Part shown: positions 18,948 to 38,304 of the stretch, in pieces
Layout: each line of letters opens with the position of its first letter
Numbering within the stretch: the stretch's first letter is position 1
Origin: the human T2T-CHM13v2.0 reference genome, Homo sapiens
Reading direction: 5' to 3' (one strand)
Length of the DNA: 64,000 nt
Assembly: GCF_009914755.1 (NCBI RefSeq)
Contig: NC_060948.1
Position numbers and translations under genes: made by a program
The notes under the pieces: model-generated
Seen by the model: only the letters and a program-made list of their open reading frames with translations
Databases searched by the model: none
What the model was told of the DNA's origin: nothing

Positions 18948-21075
18948 AGATCCATATTTTTTAAATGAAAAAAAATTTCAAAGGTACTCTGCTTGGTACA
19001 ATAATCAAATGTATAAACTGAGGAATAAAACATAACCATGAAACCTACTTATAACTGCATATGGAAAATACAGAGGATAATTTTTTAAATAACATATTTT
19101 GAAAGCCTTAACTAGTAATTTGAAGAGTTGGCATTTGAAAGGCCAGTATGAATATACCTTCAAATCAGCAACACAGGTTCCCCATTAGAAAAAGCAAACT
19201 CAGGGAAAATAAAAACACAAAGGTTCAATCTCTTTTGACCTTTGAAAGACACAGCACAGACAGTGGTCCTTAGGACGAAGAGCAGGAGACCCCTAATTCC
19301 GTCACCATGGCGATAGGGCATAAACATTGCTGGGTGAGGGCACAATCCACATTGTGAGGTCCAACTGCTGCCAGGAAGACAGGAGTGCTTTTACATAGAC
19401 CGAAAGGTCATTGAAGGCTCAGAGTTTTGTTTCAAGAACTGAATCCCAAGCCCACACGTTATTAGGCTGCGCTTCTTAAAACAAGTTATGAGATGGGAAA
19501 AAGGGCACCCACAAACATACGTATACATTATGTATATAATAATATACAGTATCATATATATAATATATATAACCTATGTATAATATTGTTTTACATCCTG
19601 CATCTTATGTTATATATATTGTATAAAATATAATAATTGATAATATATAAGATTTATAATTATACAATATGACATATAGTATATATTATAATTTATGACA
19701 TATATAATATATGTTATATATCATATGTAGAATATATTATACGGTTAATATACGTATTAAATATAAATTATACATTATATATATTATATATAATATATCA
19801 GTTATATATAATACACATTATGCATAATATATATATTATGTCTATGTTATATATAGTATAAAACAACATATAATAATGTATAATTGTATATATAAAATGC
19901 GACATATAATATATATTATATTTTATAACATATGTAATATATACTATATATTATATATAATACGTTGTATGTATAATACCTATATTAAATATATATTATA
20001 TGACTATGTTATTAATTACATGTCACATGTGTTATATATTATACATTTTACATAGAATATACCGGTTACATACAATATATACTATGTTACCTATAATGTG
20101 TAATTTATTACATGTAAAATAAAGAATGCAATATATTATGTATAATTTATAATATACAATATGTGGAATGTGATATATATAACATATAATATATGATATA
20201 TGATATACAGTATATGATATATAACATACAATATATGATTCCTAATATATATGGTATACAATATATATTTTATGATATGTATTCTATATGTTTTATATTC
20301 TGTTATATATAACTATTTGAAATTATATATAACTGTATAATATTTTATGTAAATATGTAATATAATATATATAACTATATAATATATTATAGATAACTAT
20401 ATATTATGTTATATATACTTTTATAACATAATTTACATAAAATATCATAATATAATATATATTATATTATTTCATATTACATAATATATATTACATATCA
20501 CCCAATATAACTAACATACATAATATTATAATATAGATTATATTGTGTTATATTAAATATCATATATATCATGTATCATATATTCTATAATATATATTAC
20601 ACATTATATAATATGTATGTTGTCTATTATGTGATATATATAACTATATATATAATTATATTTTTATACATATAACTAGATAAACATGTAATTCTACATA
20701 TTTTCATTTATAATATGTAGAATTATATAATCATATATAATTATTTATATTCTATAAAAAATTTTATCATTATATAAATTATAATATATAAAAATTATAA
20801 TATGTACTACAAATATATATATTATATATCATATATGATATAGTACCTTTGTTATATATCATAATACATATAAATGTGTATTATGTTATCTATAATTATA
20901 TAATTTCATATATAAGATGTATAATATGTATCATATATTATATATGTTATGTAATATATATAGTATATATAAGATGACACAGGATAAATATTATATACTA
21001 TGACATATAAAATATATCAGGTTATATGTTACATATAAGGCATAGCACATAACATGTAATATGTATCATATATAA

Positions 21076-21367
21076 TTTTTTTTTAGACAGAATCTTGTCC
21101 TGTTGCACAGGGTGGGGTACAATGGCGCCATCTTTGCTCACTGCAACTTCTGCCTCATGGGTCCAAGCGATTGTCCTCCCTCAGCCTCCCAGGTAGCTGG
21201 GACTACACCACACTGGGACTACACCAGCTGCCACCATGCCTAGCTAATTTTTTGTATTTTTAGTAGTGACAATGTTTCACTGTATTGGCCAGGATGGTCT
21301 TGATCTCTTTACCTTGTGATCCCCTTGCCTTGGCCTCCAAATTTGCTGGGATTACAGGCCTGAGCCA
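21076..21367 (-). mobile_element. DYZ2 Alu, unit 9
   Basis: Copy of 1714-2005. Confidence 0.95.
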
Positions 21368-23497
21368 AGATCCATATTTTTTAAATGAAAAAGAATTTCA
21401 AAGGTACTCTGCTTGGTACAATAATCAAATGTATAAACTGAGGAATAAAACATAACCATGAAACCTACTTATAACTGCATATGGAAAATACAGAGGATAA
21501 TTTTTTAAATAACATATTTTGAAAGCCTTAACTAGTAATTTGAAGAGTTGGCATTTGAAAGGCCAGTATGAATATACCTTCAAAGCAGCAACACAGGTTC
21601 CCCATGAGAAAAAGCAAACACAGGGAAAATAAAAACACAAAGGTTCAATCTCTTCTGACCTTTGAAAGACACAGCACAGACAGTGGTCCTTAGGACGAAG
21701 AGCAGGAGACCCCTAATTCCGTCACCATGGCGATAGGGCATAAACATTGCTGGGTGAGGGCACAATCCACATTGTGAGGTCCAACTGCTGCCAGGAAGAC
21801 AGGAGTGCTTTTACATAGACCGAAAGGTCATTGAAGGCTGAGAGTTTTGTTTCAAGAACTGAATCCCAAGCCCACACGTTATTAGGCTGCGCTTCTTAAA
21901 ACAAGTTATGAGATGGGAAAAAGGGCACCCACAAACATACGTATACATTATGTATGTAATAATATACAGTATCATATATATAATATATATAACCTATGTA
22001 TAATATTGTTTTACATCCTGCATCTTATGTTATATATATTGTATAAAATATAATAATTGATAATATATAAGTTTTATAATTATACAATATGACATATAGT
22101 ATATATTATAATTTATGACATATATAATATATGTTATATATCATATGTAGAATATATTATACGGTTAATATACGTATTAAATATAAATTATACATTATAT
22201 ATATTATATATAATATATCTGTTATATATAATACCCATTATGCATAATATATATATTATGTCTATGTTATATATAGTATAAAACAACATATAATAATATA
22301 TAATTGTATATATAAAATGCGACAGATAATATATATTATATTTTATAACATATGTAATATATATTATATATTATATATAATACGTTGTATGTATAATACC
22401 TATATTAAATATATATTATATGACTATGTTATTAATTACATGTCACATGTGTTATATATTATATATTTTACATAGAATATACCGGTTACATACAATATAT
22501 ACTATGTTACCTATAATGTGTAATTTATTACATGTAAAATAAAGAATGCAATATATTATGTATAATTTATAATATACAATATGTGGAATGTGATATATAT
22601 AACATATAATATATGATATATGATATACAGTATATGATATATAACATACAATATATGATTCCTAATATATATGGTATACAATATATATTTTATGATATGT
22701 ATTCTATATGTTTTATATTCTGTTATATATAACTATTTGAAATTATATATAACTGTATAATATTTTATGTAAATATGTAATATAATATATATATAACTAT
22801 ATAATATATTATAGATAACTATATATTATGTTATATATAATTTTATAACATAATTTACATAAAATATCATAATATAATATATATTATATTATTTCATATT
22901 ACATAATATATATTACATATCACCCAATATAACTAACATACATAATATTATAACATAGATTATATTGTGTTATATTAAATATCATATATATCATTTATCA
23001 TATATTCTATAATATATATTACACATTATATAATATGTATGTTGTCTATTATGTGATATATATAACTATATATATAATTATATTTTTATACATATAACTA
23101 GATAAACATGTAATTCTACATATTTTCATTTATAATATGTAGAATTATATAATCATATATAATTATTTATATTCTATAAAAAATTTTATCATTATATAAA
23201 TTATAATATATAAAAATTATAATATGTACTACAAATATATATATTATATATCATATATGATATAGTACCTTTGTTATATATCATAATACATATAAATGTG
23301 TATTATGTTATCTATAATTATATAATTTCATATAAAAGATGTATAACATGTATCATATATTATATATGTTATGTAATATATATAGTATATATAAGATGAC
23401 ACAGGATAAATATTATATACTATGACATATAAAATATATCAGGTTATATGTTACATATAAGGCATAGCACATAACATGTAATATGTATCATATATAA

Positions 23498-23789
23498 TTT
23501 TTTTTTAGACAGAATCTTGTCCTGTTGCACAGGGTGGGGTACAATGGCGCCATCTTTGCTCACTGCAAATTCTGCCTCATGGGTCCAAGCGATTGTCCTC
23601 CCTCAGCCTCCCAGGTAGCTGGGACTACACCACACTGGGACTACACCAGCTGCCACCATGCCTTGCTAATTTTTTGGATTTTTAGTAGTGACAGCGTTTC
23701 ACTGTATTGGCCAGGATGGTCTTGATCTCTTCACCTTGTGATCCCCTTGCCTTGGCCTCCAAATTTGCTGGGATTACAGGCCTGAGCCA
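23498..23789 (-). mobile_element. DYZ2 Alu, unit 10
   Basis: Copy of 1714-2005. Confidence 0.95.
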
Positions 23790-25894
23790 AGATCCATATT
23801 TTTTAAATGAAAAAAAATTTCAAAGGTACTCTGCTTGGTACAATAATCAAATGTATAAACTGAGGAATAAAACATAACCATGAAACCTACTTATAACTGC
23901 ATATGGAAAATGCAGAGGATAATTTTTTAAATAACATATTTTGAAAGCCTTAACTATTAATTTGAAGAGTTGGCATTTGAAAGGCCAGTATGAATATACC
24001 TTCAAAGCAGCAACACAGGTTCCCCATGAGAAAAAGCAAACACAGGGAAAATAAAAACACAAAGGTTCAATCTCTTCTGACCTTTGAAAGACACAGCACA
24101 GACAGTGGTCCTTAGGACGAAGAGCAGGAGACCCCTAATTCCGTCACCATGGCGATAGGGCATAAACATTGCTGGGTGAGGGCACAATCCACATTGTGAG
24201 GTCCAACTGCTGCCAGGAAGACAGGAGTGCTTTTACATAGACCGAAAGGTCATTGAAGGCTCAGAGTTTTGTTTCAAGAACTGAATCCCAAGCCCACACG
24301 TTATTAGGCTGCGCTTCTTAAAACAAGTTATGAGATGGGAAAAAGGGCACCCACAAACATACGTATACATTATGTATATAATAATATACAGTGTCATATA
24401 TTTAATATATATAACCTATGTATAATATTGTTTTACATCCTGCATCTTATGTTATATATATTGTATAAAATATAATAATTGATAATATATAAGTTTTATA
24501 ATTATACAATATGACATATAGTATATATTATAATTTATGACATATATAATATATGTTATATGTCATATATAGAATATATTATACGGTTAATATACGTATT
24601 AAATATAAATTATACATTATATATATTATATATAATATATCTGTTATATATAATACCCACTATGCATAATATATATATTATGTCTATGTTATATATAGTA
24701 TAAAACAACATATAATAATATGTAATTGTATATATAAAATGCGACATATAATATATATTATATTTTATAACATATGTAATATATATTATATATTATATAT
24801 AATACGTTGTATGTATAATACCTATATTAAATATATATTATATGACTATGTTATTAATTACATGTCACATGTGTTATATATTATATATTTTACATAGAAT
24901 ATACCGGTTACATACAATATATACTATGTTACCTATAATGTATAATTTATTACATGTAAAATAAAGAATGCAATATATTATGTATAATTTATAATATACC
25001 ATATGTGGAATGTGATATATATAACATATAATATATGATATATGGTATACAGTATATGATATATGACATACAATATATGATTCCTAATATATATTGTATA
25101 CAATATATATTTTATGATATGTATTCTATATGTTTTATATTCTGTTATATATAACTATTTGAAATTATATATAACTGTATAATATTTTATGTAAATATGT
25201 AATATAATATATATAACTATATAATATATTACATATAACTATATATTATGTTATATATACTTTTATAACATAATTTACATAAAATATCATAATGTAATAT
25301 ATATTATATTATTTCATATTACATAATATATATTACATATCACCCAATATAACTAACATACATAATATTATAATATAGATTATATTGTGTTATATTAAAT
25401 ATCATATATATCATGTATCATATATTCTATAATATATATTACACATTATATAATATGTATGTTGTCTATTATGTGATATATATAACTATATATATAATTA
25501 TATTTTTATACATATAACTAGATAAACATGTAATTCTACATATTTTCATTTATAATATGTAGAATTATATAATCATATATAATTATTTATATTCTATAAA
25601 AAATTTTATCATTATATAAATTATAATATATAAAAATTATAATATGTACTACAAATATATATATTATATATCATATATGATATAGTACCTTTGTTATATA
25701 TCATAATACATATAAATGTGTATTATGTTATCTATAATTATATAATTTCATATATAAGATGTATAATATGTATCATATATTATATATGTTATGTAATATA
25801 TATAGTATATATAAGATGACACAGGATAAATATTATATACTATGACATATAAAATATATGAGGTTATATGTTACATATAAGGCATAGCACATAA

Positions 25895-26209
<315 letters not shown>

Positions 26210-28336
26210 AGATCCATATTTTTTAAATGAAAAAAAATTTCAAAGGTACTCTGCTTGGTACAATAATCAAATGTATAAACTGAGGAATAAAACATAACCA
26301 TGAAACCTACTTATAACTGCATATGGAAAATACAGAGGATAATTTTTTAAATAACATATTTTGAAAGCCTTAACTAGTAATTTGAAGAGCTGGCATTTGA
26401 AAGGCCAGTATGAATATACCTTCAAATCAGCAACACAGGTTCCCCATGAGAAAAAGCAAACACAGGGAAAATAAAAACACAAAGGTTCAATCTCTTCTGA
26501 CCTTTGAAAGACACAGCACAGACAGTGGTCCTTAGGACGAAGAGCAGGAGACCCCTAATTCCGTCACCATGGCGATAGGGCATAAACATTGCTGGGTGAG
26601 GGCACAATCCACATTGTGTGGTCCAACTGCTGCCAGGAAGACAGGAGTGCTTTTACATAGACCGAAAGGTCATTGAAGGCTCAGAGTTTTGTTTCAAGAA
26701 CTGAATCCCAAGCCCACACGTTATTAGGCTGCGCTTCTTAAAACAAGTTATGAGATGGGAAAAAGGGCACCCACAAACATACGTATACATTATGTATATA
26801 ATAATATACAGTATCATATATATAATATATATAACCTATGTATAATATTGTTTTACATCCTGCATCTTATGTTATATATATTGTATAAAATATAATAATT
26901 GATAATATATAAGTTTTATAATTATACAATATGACATATAGTATATATTATAATTTATGACATATATAATATATGTTATATATCATATGTAGAATATATT
27001 ATACGGTTAATATACGTATTAAATATAAATTATACATTATATATATTATATATAATATATCTGTTATATATAATACCCATTATGCATAATATATATATTA
27101 TGTCTATGTTATATATAGTATAAAACAACATATAATAATATATAATTGTATATATAAAATGCGACATATAATATATATTATATTTTATAACATATGTAAT
27201 ATATATTATATATTATATATAATACGTTGTATGTATAATACCTATATTAAATATATATTATATGACTATGTTATTAATTACATATCACATGTGTTATATA
27301 TTATATATTTTACATAGAATATACCGGTTACATACAATATATACTATGTTACCTATAATGTGTAATTTATTACATGTAAAATAAAGAATGCAATATATTA
27401 TGTATAATTTATAATATACAATATGTGGAATGTGATATATATAACATATAATATATGATATATGATATACAGTATATGATATATAACATACAAAATATGA
27501 TTCCTAATATATATGGTATACAATATATATTTTATGATATGTATTCTATATGTTTTATATTCTGTTATATATAACTATTTGAAATTATATATAACTGTAT
27601 AATATTTTATGTAAATATGTAATATAATATATATAACTATATAATATATTATAGATAACTATATATTATGTTATATATACTTTTATAACATAATTTACAT
27701 AAAATATCATAATATAATATATATTATATTATTTCATATTATATAATATATATTACATATCACCCAATATAACTAACATACATAATATTATAATATAGAT
27801 TATATTGTGTTATATTAAATATCATATATATCATGTATCATATATTCTATAATATATATTACACATTATATAATATGTATGTTGTCTATTATGTGATATA
27901 TATAACTATATATATAATTATATTTTTATACATATAACTAGATAAACATGTAATTCTACATATTTTCATTTATAATATGTAGAATTATATAATCATATAT
28001 AATTATTTATATTCTATAAAAATTTTATCATTATATAAATTATAATATATAAAAATTATAATATGTACTACAAATATATATATTATATATCATATATGAT
28101 ATAGTACCTTTGTTATATATCATAATACATATAAATGTGTATTATGTTATCTATAATTATATAATTTCATATATAAGATGTATAATATGTATCATATATT
28201 ATATATGTTATGTAATATATATAGTATATATAAGATGACACAGGATAAATATTATATACTATGACATATAAAATATATCAGGTTATATGTTACATATAAG
28301 GCATAGCACATAACATGTAATATGTATCATATATAA

Positions 28337-28628
28337 TTTTTTTTTAGACAGAATCTTGTCGTGTTGCACAGGGTGGGGTACAATGGCGCCATCTTTGCTC
28401 ACTGCAACTTCTGCCTCATGGGTCCAAGCGATTGTCCTCCCTCAGCCTCCCAGGTAGCTGGGACTACACCACACTGGGACTACACCAGCTGCCACCATGC
28501 CTAGCTAATTTTTTGTATTTTTAGTAGTGACAGCGTTTCACTGTATTGGCCAGTATGGTCTTGATCTCTTCACCTTGTGATCCCCTTGCCTTGGCCTCCA
28601 AATTTGCTGGGATTACAGGCCTGAGCCA
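28337..28628 (-). mobile_element. DYZ2 Alu, unit 12
   Basis: Copy of 1714-2005. Confidence 0.95.
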
Positions 28629-30733
28629 AGATCCATATTTTTTAAATGAAAAAAAATTTCAAAGGTACTCTGCTTGGTACAATAATCAAATGTATAAACT
28701 GAGGAATAAAACATAACCATGAAACCTACTTATAACTGCATATGGAAAATACAGAGGATAATTTTTTAAATAACATATTTTGAAAGCCTTAACTAGTAAT
28801 TTGAAGAGTTGGCATTTGAAAGGCCAGTATGAATATACCTTCAAAGCAGCAACACAGGTTCCCCATGAGAAAAAGCAAACACAGGGAAAATAAAAACACA
28901 AAGGTTCAATCTCTTCTGACCTTTGAAAGACACAGCACAGACAGTGGTCCTTAGGACGAAGAGCAGGAGACCCCTAATTCCGTCACCATGGCGATAGGGC
29001 ATAAACATTGCTGGGTGAGGGCACAATCCACATTGTGAGGTCCAACTGCTGCCAGGAAGACAGGAGTGCTTTTACATAGACCGAAAGGTCATTGAAGGCT
29101 CAGAGTTTTGTTTCAAGAACTGAATCCCAAGCCCACACGTTATTAGGCTGCGCTTCTTAAAACAAGTTATGAGATGGGAAAAAGGGCACCCACAAACATA
29201 CGTATACATTATGTATATAATAATATACAGTGTCATATATTTAATATATATAACCTATGTATAATATTGTTTTACATCCTGCATCTTATGTTATATATAT
29301 TGTATAAAATATAATAATTGATAATATATAAGTTTTATAATTATACAATATGACATATAGTATATATTATAATTTATGACATATATAATATATGTTATAT
29401 GTCATATATAGAATATATTATACGGTTAATATACGTATTAAATATAAATTATACATTATATATATTATATATAATATATCTGTTATATATAATACCCATT
29501 ATGCATAATATATATATTATGTCTATGTTATATATAGTATAAAACAACATATAATAATATATAATTGTATATATAAAATGCGACATATAATATATATTAT
29601 ATTTTATAACATATGTAATTTATATTATATATTATATATAATACGTTGTATGTATAATACCTATATTAAATATATATTATATGACTATGTTATTAATTAC
29701 ATGTCACATGTGTTATATATTATATATTTTACATAGAATATACCGGTTACATACAATATATACTATGTTACCTATAATGTATAATTTATTACATGTAAAA
29801 TAAAGAATGCAATATATTATGTATAATTTATAATATACCATATGTGGAATGTGATATATATAACATATAATATATGATATATGATATACAGTATATGATA
29901 TATAACATACAATATATGATTCCTAGTATATATTGTATACAATATATATTTTATGATATGTATTCTATATGTTTTATATTCTGTTATATATAACTATTTG
30001 AAATTATATATAACTGTATAATATTTTATGTAAATATGTAATATAATATATATAACTATATAATATATTACATATAACTATAAATTACGTTATATATACT
30101 TTTATAACATAATTTACATAAAATATCATAATGTAATATATATTATATTATTTCATATTACATAATATATATTACATATCACCCAATATAACTAACATAC
30201 ATAATATTATAATATAGATTATATTGTGTTATATTAAATATCATATATATCATGTATCATATATTATATAATATATATTACACATTATATAATATGTATG
30301 TTGTCTATTATGTGATATATATAACTATATATATAATTATATTTTTATACATATAACTAGATAAACATGTAATTCTACATATTTTCATTTATAATATGTA
30401 GAATTATATAATCATATATAATTATTTATATTCTATAAAAAATTTTATCATAATATAAATTATAATATATAAAAATTATAATATGTACTACAAATATATA
30501 TATTATATATCATATATGATATAGTACCTTTGTTATATATCATAATACATATAAATGTGTATTATGTTATCTATAATTATATAATTTCATATATAAGATG
30601 TATAATATGTATCATATATTATATATGTTATGTAATATATATAGTATATATAAGATGACACAGGATAAATATTATATACTATGACATATAAAATATATGA
30701 GGTTATATGTTACATATAAGGCATAGCACATAA

Positions 30734-31048
<315 letters not shown>

Positions 31049-33153
31049 AGATCCATATTTTTTAAATGAAAAAAAATTTCAAAGGTACTCTGCTTGGTAC
31101 AATAATCAAATGTATAAACTGAGGAATAAAACATAACCATGAAACCTACTTATAACTGCATATGGAAAATACAGAGGATAATTTTTTAAATAACATATTT
31201 TGAAAGCCTTAACTAGTAATTTGAAGAGCTGGCATTTGAAAGGCCAGTATGAATATACCTTCAAATCAGCAACACAGGTTCCCCATGAGAAAAAGCAAAC
31301 ACAGGGAAAATAAAAACACAAAGGTTCAATCTCTTCTGACCTTTGAAAGACACAGCACAGACAGTGGTCCTTAGGACGAAGAGCAGGAGACCCCTAATTC
31401 CGTCACCATGGCGATAGGGCATAAACATTGCTGGGTGAGGGCACAATCCACATTGTGAGGTCCAACTGCTGCCAGGAAGACAGGAGTGCTTTTACATAGA
31501 CCGAAAGGTCATTGAAGGCTCAGAGTTTTGTTTCAAGAACTGAATCCCAAGCCCACACGTTATTAGGCTGCGCTTCTTAAAACAAGTTATGAGATGGGAA
31601 AAAGGGCACCCACAAACATACGTATACATTATGTATATAATAATATACAGTATCATATATATAATATATATAACCTATGTATAATATTGTTTTACATCCT
31701 GCATCTTATGTTATATATATTGTATAAAATATAATAATTGATAATATATAAGTTTTATAATTATACAATATGACATATAGTATATATTATAATTTATGAC
31801 ATATATAATATATGTTATATATCATATGTAGAATATATTATACGGTTAATATACGTATTAAATATAAATTATACATTATATATATTATATATAATATATC
31901 TGTTATATATAATACCCATTATGCATAATATATATATTATGTCTATGTTATATATAGTATAAAACAACATATAATAATATATAATTGTATATATAAAATG
32001 CGACATATAATATATATTATATTTTATAACATATGTAATATATATTATATATTATATATAATACGTTGTATGTATAATACCTATATTAAATATATATTAT
32101 ATGACTATGTTATTAATTACATGTCACATGTGTTATATATTATATATTTTACATAGAATATACCGGTTACATACAATATATACTATGTTACCTATAATGT
32201 GTAATTTATTACATGTAAAATAAAGAATGCAATATATTATGTATAATTTATAATATACAATATGTGGAATGTGATATATATAACATATAATATATGATAT
32301 ATGATTTACAGTATATGATATATAACATACAATATATGATTCCTAATATATATGGTATACAATATATATTTTATGATATGTATTCTATATGTTTTATATT
32401 CTGTTATATATAACTATTTGAAATTATATATAACTGTATAATATTTTATGTAAATATGTAATATAATATATATAACTATATAATATATTATAGATAACTA
32501 TATATTATGTTATATATACTTTTATAACATAATTTACATAAAATATCATAATATAATATATATTATATTATTTCATATTACATAATATATATTACATATC
32601 ACCCAATATAAATAACATACATAATATTATAACATAGATTATATTGTGTTATATTAAATATCATATATATCATGTATCATATATTCTATAATATATATTA
32701 CACATTATATAATATGTATGTTGTCTATTATGTGATATATATAACTATATATATAATTATATTTTTATACATATAACTAGATAAACATGTAATTCTACAT
32801 ATTTTCATTTATAATATGTAGAATTATATAATCATATATAATTATTTATATTCTATAAAAAATTTTATCATTATATAAATTATAATATATAAAAATTATA
32901 ATATGTACTACAAATATATATATTATATATCATATATGATATAGTACCTTTGTTATATATCATAATACATATAAATGTGTATTATGTTATCTATAATTAT
33001 ATAATTTCATATATAAGATGTATAATATGTATCATATATTATATATGTTATGTAATATATATAGTATATATAAGATGACACAGGATAAATATTATATACT
33101 ATGACATATAAAATATATCAGGTTATATGTTACATATAAGGCATAGCACATAA

Positions 33154-33468
<315 letters not shown>

Positions 33469-35592
33469 AGATCCATATTTTTTAAATGAAAAAAAATTTC
33501 AAAGGTACTCTGCTTGGTACAATAATCAAATGTATAAACTGAGGAATAAAACATAACCATGAAACCTACTTATAACTGCATATGGAAAATACAGAGGATA
33601 ATTTTTTAAATAACATATTTTGAAAGCCTTAACTAGTAATTTGAAGAGTTGGCATTTGAAAGGCCAGTATGAATGTACCTTCAAAGCAGCAACACAGGTT
33701 CCCCATGAGAAAAAGCAAACACAGGGAAAATAAAAACACAAAGGTTCAATCTCTTCTGACCTTTGAAAGACACAGCACAGACAGTGGTCCTTAGGACGAA
33801 GAGCAGGAGACCCCTAATTCCGTCACCATGGCGATAGGGCATAGACATTGCTGGGTGAGGGCACAATCCACATTGTGAGGTCCAACTGCTGCCAGGAAGA
33901 CAGGAGTGCTTTTACATAGACCGAAAGGTCATTGAAGGCTCAGAGTTTTGTTTCAAGAACTGAATCCCAAGCCCACACGTTATTAGGCTGCGCTTCTTAA
34001 AACAAGTTATGAGATGGGAAAAAGGGCACCCACAAACATACGTATACATTATGTATAATAATATACAGTATCATATATATAATATATATAAACTATGTAT
34101 AATATTGTTTTACATCCTGCATCTTATGTTATATATATTGTATAAAATATAATAATTGATAATATATAAGTTTTATATTTATACAATATGACATATGGTA
34201 TATATTATAATTTATGACATTTATAATATATGTTATATATCATATATAGAATATATTATACGGTTAATATACGTATTAAATATAAATTATACATTATATA
34301 TATTATATATAATATATCTGTTATATATAATACCCATTATGCATAATATATATATTATGTCTATGTTATATATAGTATAAAACAACATATAATAATATAT
34401 AATTGTATATATAAAATGCGACATATAATATATATTATATTTTATAACATACGTAATATATATTATATATTATATATAATACGTTGTATGTATAATACCT
34501 ATATTAAATATATATTATATGACTATGTTATTAATTACATGTCACATGTGTTATATATTATATATTTTACATAGAATATACCGGTTACATACAATATATA
34601 CTATGTTACCTATAATGTATAATTTATTACATGTAAAATAAAGAATGCAATATATTATGTATAATTTATAATATACAATATGTGGAATGTGATATATATA
34701 ACATATAATATATGATATATGATATACAGTATATGATATATAACATACAATATATGATTCCTAATATATATGGTATACAATAAATATTTTATGATATGTA
34801 TTCTATATGTTTTATATTCTGTTATATATAACTATTTGAAATTATATATAACTGTATAATATTTTATGTAAATATGTAATATAATATATATAACTATATA
34901 ATATATTATATATAACTATATATTATGTTATATATACTTTTATAACATAATGTACATAAAATATCATAATATAATATATACTATATTATTTCATATTACA
35001 TATTATATATTACATATCACCCAATATAACTAACATACATAATATTATAATATAGATTATATTATGTTATATTAAATATCATATATATCATGTATCATAT
35101 ATTCTATAATATATATTACACATTATATAATATGTATGTTGTCTATTATGTGATATATATAACTATATATATAATTATATTTTTATACATATAACTAGAT
35201 AAACATGAAATTCTACATATTTTCATTTATAATATGTAGAATTATATAATCATATATAATTATTTATATTCTATAAAAAATTTTATCATTATATAAATTA
35301 TAATATATAAAAATTATAATATGTACTACAAATATATATATTATATATCATATATGATATAGTACCTTTGTTATATATCATAATACATATAAATGTGTAT
35401 TATGTTATCTATAATTATATAATTTCATATATAAGTTGTATAATATGCATCATATATTATATATGTTATGTAATATATATAGTATATATAAGATGACAGG
35501 ATAAATATTATATACTATGACATATAAAATATATCAGGTTATATGTTACATATAAGGCATAGCACATAACATGTAATATATATCATATATAA

Positions 35593-35884
35593 TTTTTTTT
35601 TAGACAGAATCTTGTCCTGTTGCACAGGGTCGGGTACAATGGCGCCATGTTTGCTCACTGCAACTTCTGCCTCACGGGTCCAAGCGATTGTCCTCCCTCA
35701 GCCTCCCAGGTAGCTGGGACTACACCACACTGGGACTACACCAGCTGCCACCATGCCTAGCTAATTTTTTGTATTTTTAGTAGTGACAGCGTTTCACTGT
35801 ATTGGCCAGGATGGTCTTGATCTCTTCACCTTGTGATCCCCTTGCCTTGGCCTCCAAATTTGCTGGGATTACAGGCCTGAGCCA
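35593..35884 (-). mobile_element. DYZ2 Alu, unit 15
   Basis: Copy of 1714-2005. Confidence 0.95.
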
Positions 35885-38012
35885 AGATCCATATTTTTTA
35901 AATGAAAAAAAATTTCAAAGGTACTCTGCTTGGTACAATAATCAAATGTATAAACTGAGGAATAAAACATAACCATGAAACCTACTTATCACTGCATATG
36001 GAAAATACAGAGGATAATTTTTTAAATAACATATTTTGAAAGCCTTAACTAGTAATTTGAAGAGCTGGCATTTGAAAGGCCAGTATGAATATACCTTCAA
36101 ATCAGCAACACAGGTTCCCCATGAGAAAAAGCAAACACAGGGAAAATAAAAACACAAAGGTTCAATCTCTTCTGACCTTTGAAAGACACAGCACAGACAG
36201 TGGTCCTTAGGACGAAGAGCAGGAGACCCCTAATTCCGTCACCATGGCGATAGGGCATAAACATTGCTGGGTGAGGGCACAATCCACATTGTGAGGTCCA
36301 ACTGCTGCCAGGAAGACAGGAGTGCTTTTACATAGACCGAAAGGTCATTGAAGGCTCAGAGTTTTGTTTCAAGAACTGAATCCCAAGCCCACACGTTATT
36401 AGGCTGCGCTTCTTAAAACAAGTTATGAGATGGGAAAAAGGGCACCCACAAACATACGTATACATTATGTATATAATAATATACAGTATCATATATATAA
36501 TATATATAACCTATGTATAATATTGTTTTACATCCTGCATCTTATGTTATATATATTGTATAAAATATAATAATTGATAATATATAAGTTTTATAATTAT
36601 ACAATATGACATATAGTATATATTATAATTTATGACATATATAATATATGTTATATGTCATATATAGAATATATTATACGGTTAATATACGTATTAAATA
36701 TAAATTATACATTATATATATTATATATAATATATCTGTTATATATAATACCCATTATGCATAATATATATATTATGTCTATGTTATATATAGTATAAAA
36801 CAACATATAATAATATATAATTGTATATATAAAATGCGACATAGAATATATATTATATTTTATAACATATGTAATATATATTATATATTATATATAATAC
36901 GTTGTATGTATAATACCTATATTAAATATATATTATATGACTATGTTATTAATTACATGTCACATGTGTTATATATTATATATTTTACATAGAATATACC
37001 GGTTACATACAATATATACTATGTTACCTATAATGTATAATTTATTACATGTAAAATAAAGAATGCAATATATTATGTATAATTTATAATATACCATATA
37101 TGGAATGTGATATATATAACATATAATATATGATATATGATATACAGTATATGATATATAACATACAATATATGATTCCTAATATATATGGTATACAATA
37201 TATATTTTATGATATGTATTCTATATGTTTTATATTCTGTTATATATAACTATTTGAAATTATATATAACTCTATAATATTTTATGTAAATATGTAATAT
37301 AATATATATAACCATATCATATATTATATATAACTATATATTATGTTATATATACTTTTATAACATAATTTACATAAAATATCATAATATAACATATATT
37401 ATATTATTTCATATTACATAATATATATTACATATCACCCAATATAACTAACATACATAATATTATAATATAGATTATATTGTGTTATATTAAATATCAT
37501 ATATATCATGTATCATATATTCTATAATATATATTACACATTATATAATATGTATGTTGTCTATTATGTGATATATATAACTATATATATAATTATATTT
37601 TTATACATATAACTAGATAAACATGTAATTCTACATATTTTCATTTATAATATGTAGAATTATATAATCATATATAATTATTTATATTCTATAAAAAATT
37701 ATATCATTATATAAATTATAATATATAAAAATTATAATATGTACTACAAATATATATATTATATATCATATATGATATAGTACCTTTGTTATATATCATA
37801 ATACATATAAATGTGTATTATGTTATCTATAATTATATAATTTCATATATAAGATGTATAATATGTATCATATATTATATATGTTATGTAATATAGATAG
37901 TATATATAAGATGACACAGGATAAATATTATATACTATGACATATAAAATATATGAGGTTATATGTTACATATAAGGCATAGCACATAACATGTAATATA
38001 TATCATATATAA

Positions 38013-38304
38013 TTTTTTTCCAGACAGAATCTTGTCCTGTTGTACAGGGTGGGGTACAATGGCGCCATCTTTGCTCACTGCAACTTCTGCCTCACGGGTC
38101 CAAGCGATTGTCCTCCCTCAGCCTCCCAGGTAGCTGGGACTACACCACACTGGGACTACACCAGCTGCCACCATGCCTAGCTAATTTTTTGGATTTTTAG
38201 TAGTGACAGCGTTTCACTGTATTGGCCAGGATGGTCTTGATCTCTTCACCTTGTGATCCGCTTGCCTTGGCCTCCAAATTTGCTGGGATTACAGGCCTGA
38301 GCCA
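38013..38304 (-). mobile_element. DYZ2 Alu, unit 16
   Basis: Copy of 1714-2005; tail reads tttttttccc. Confidence 0.95.
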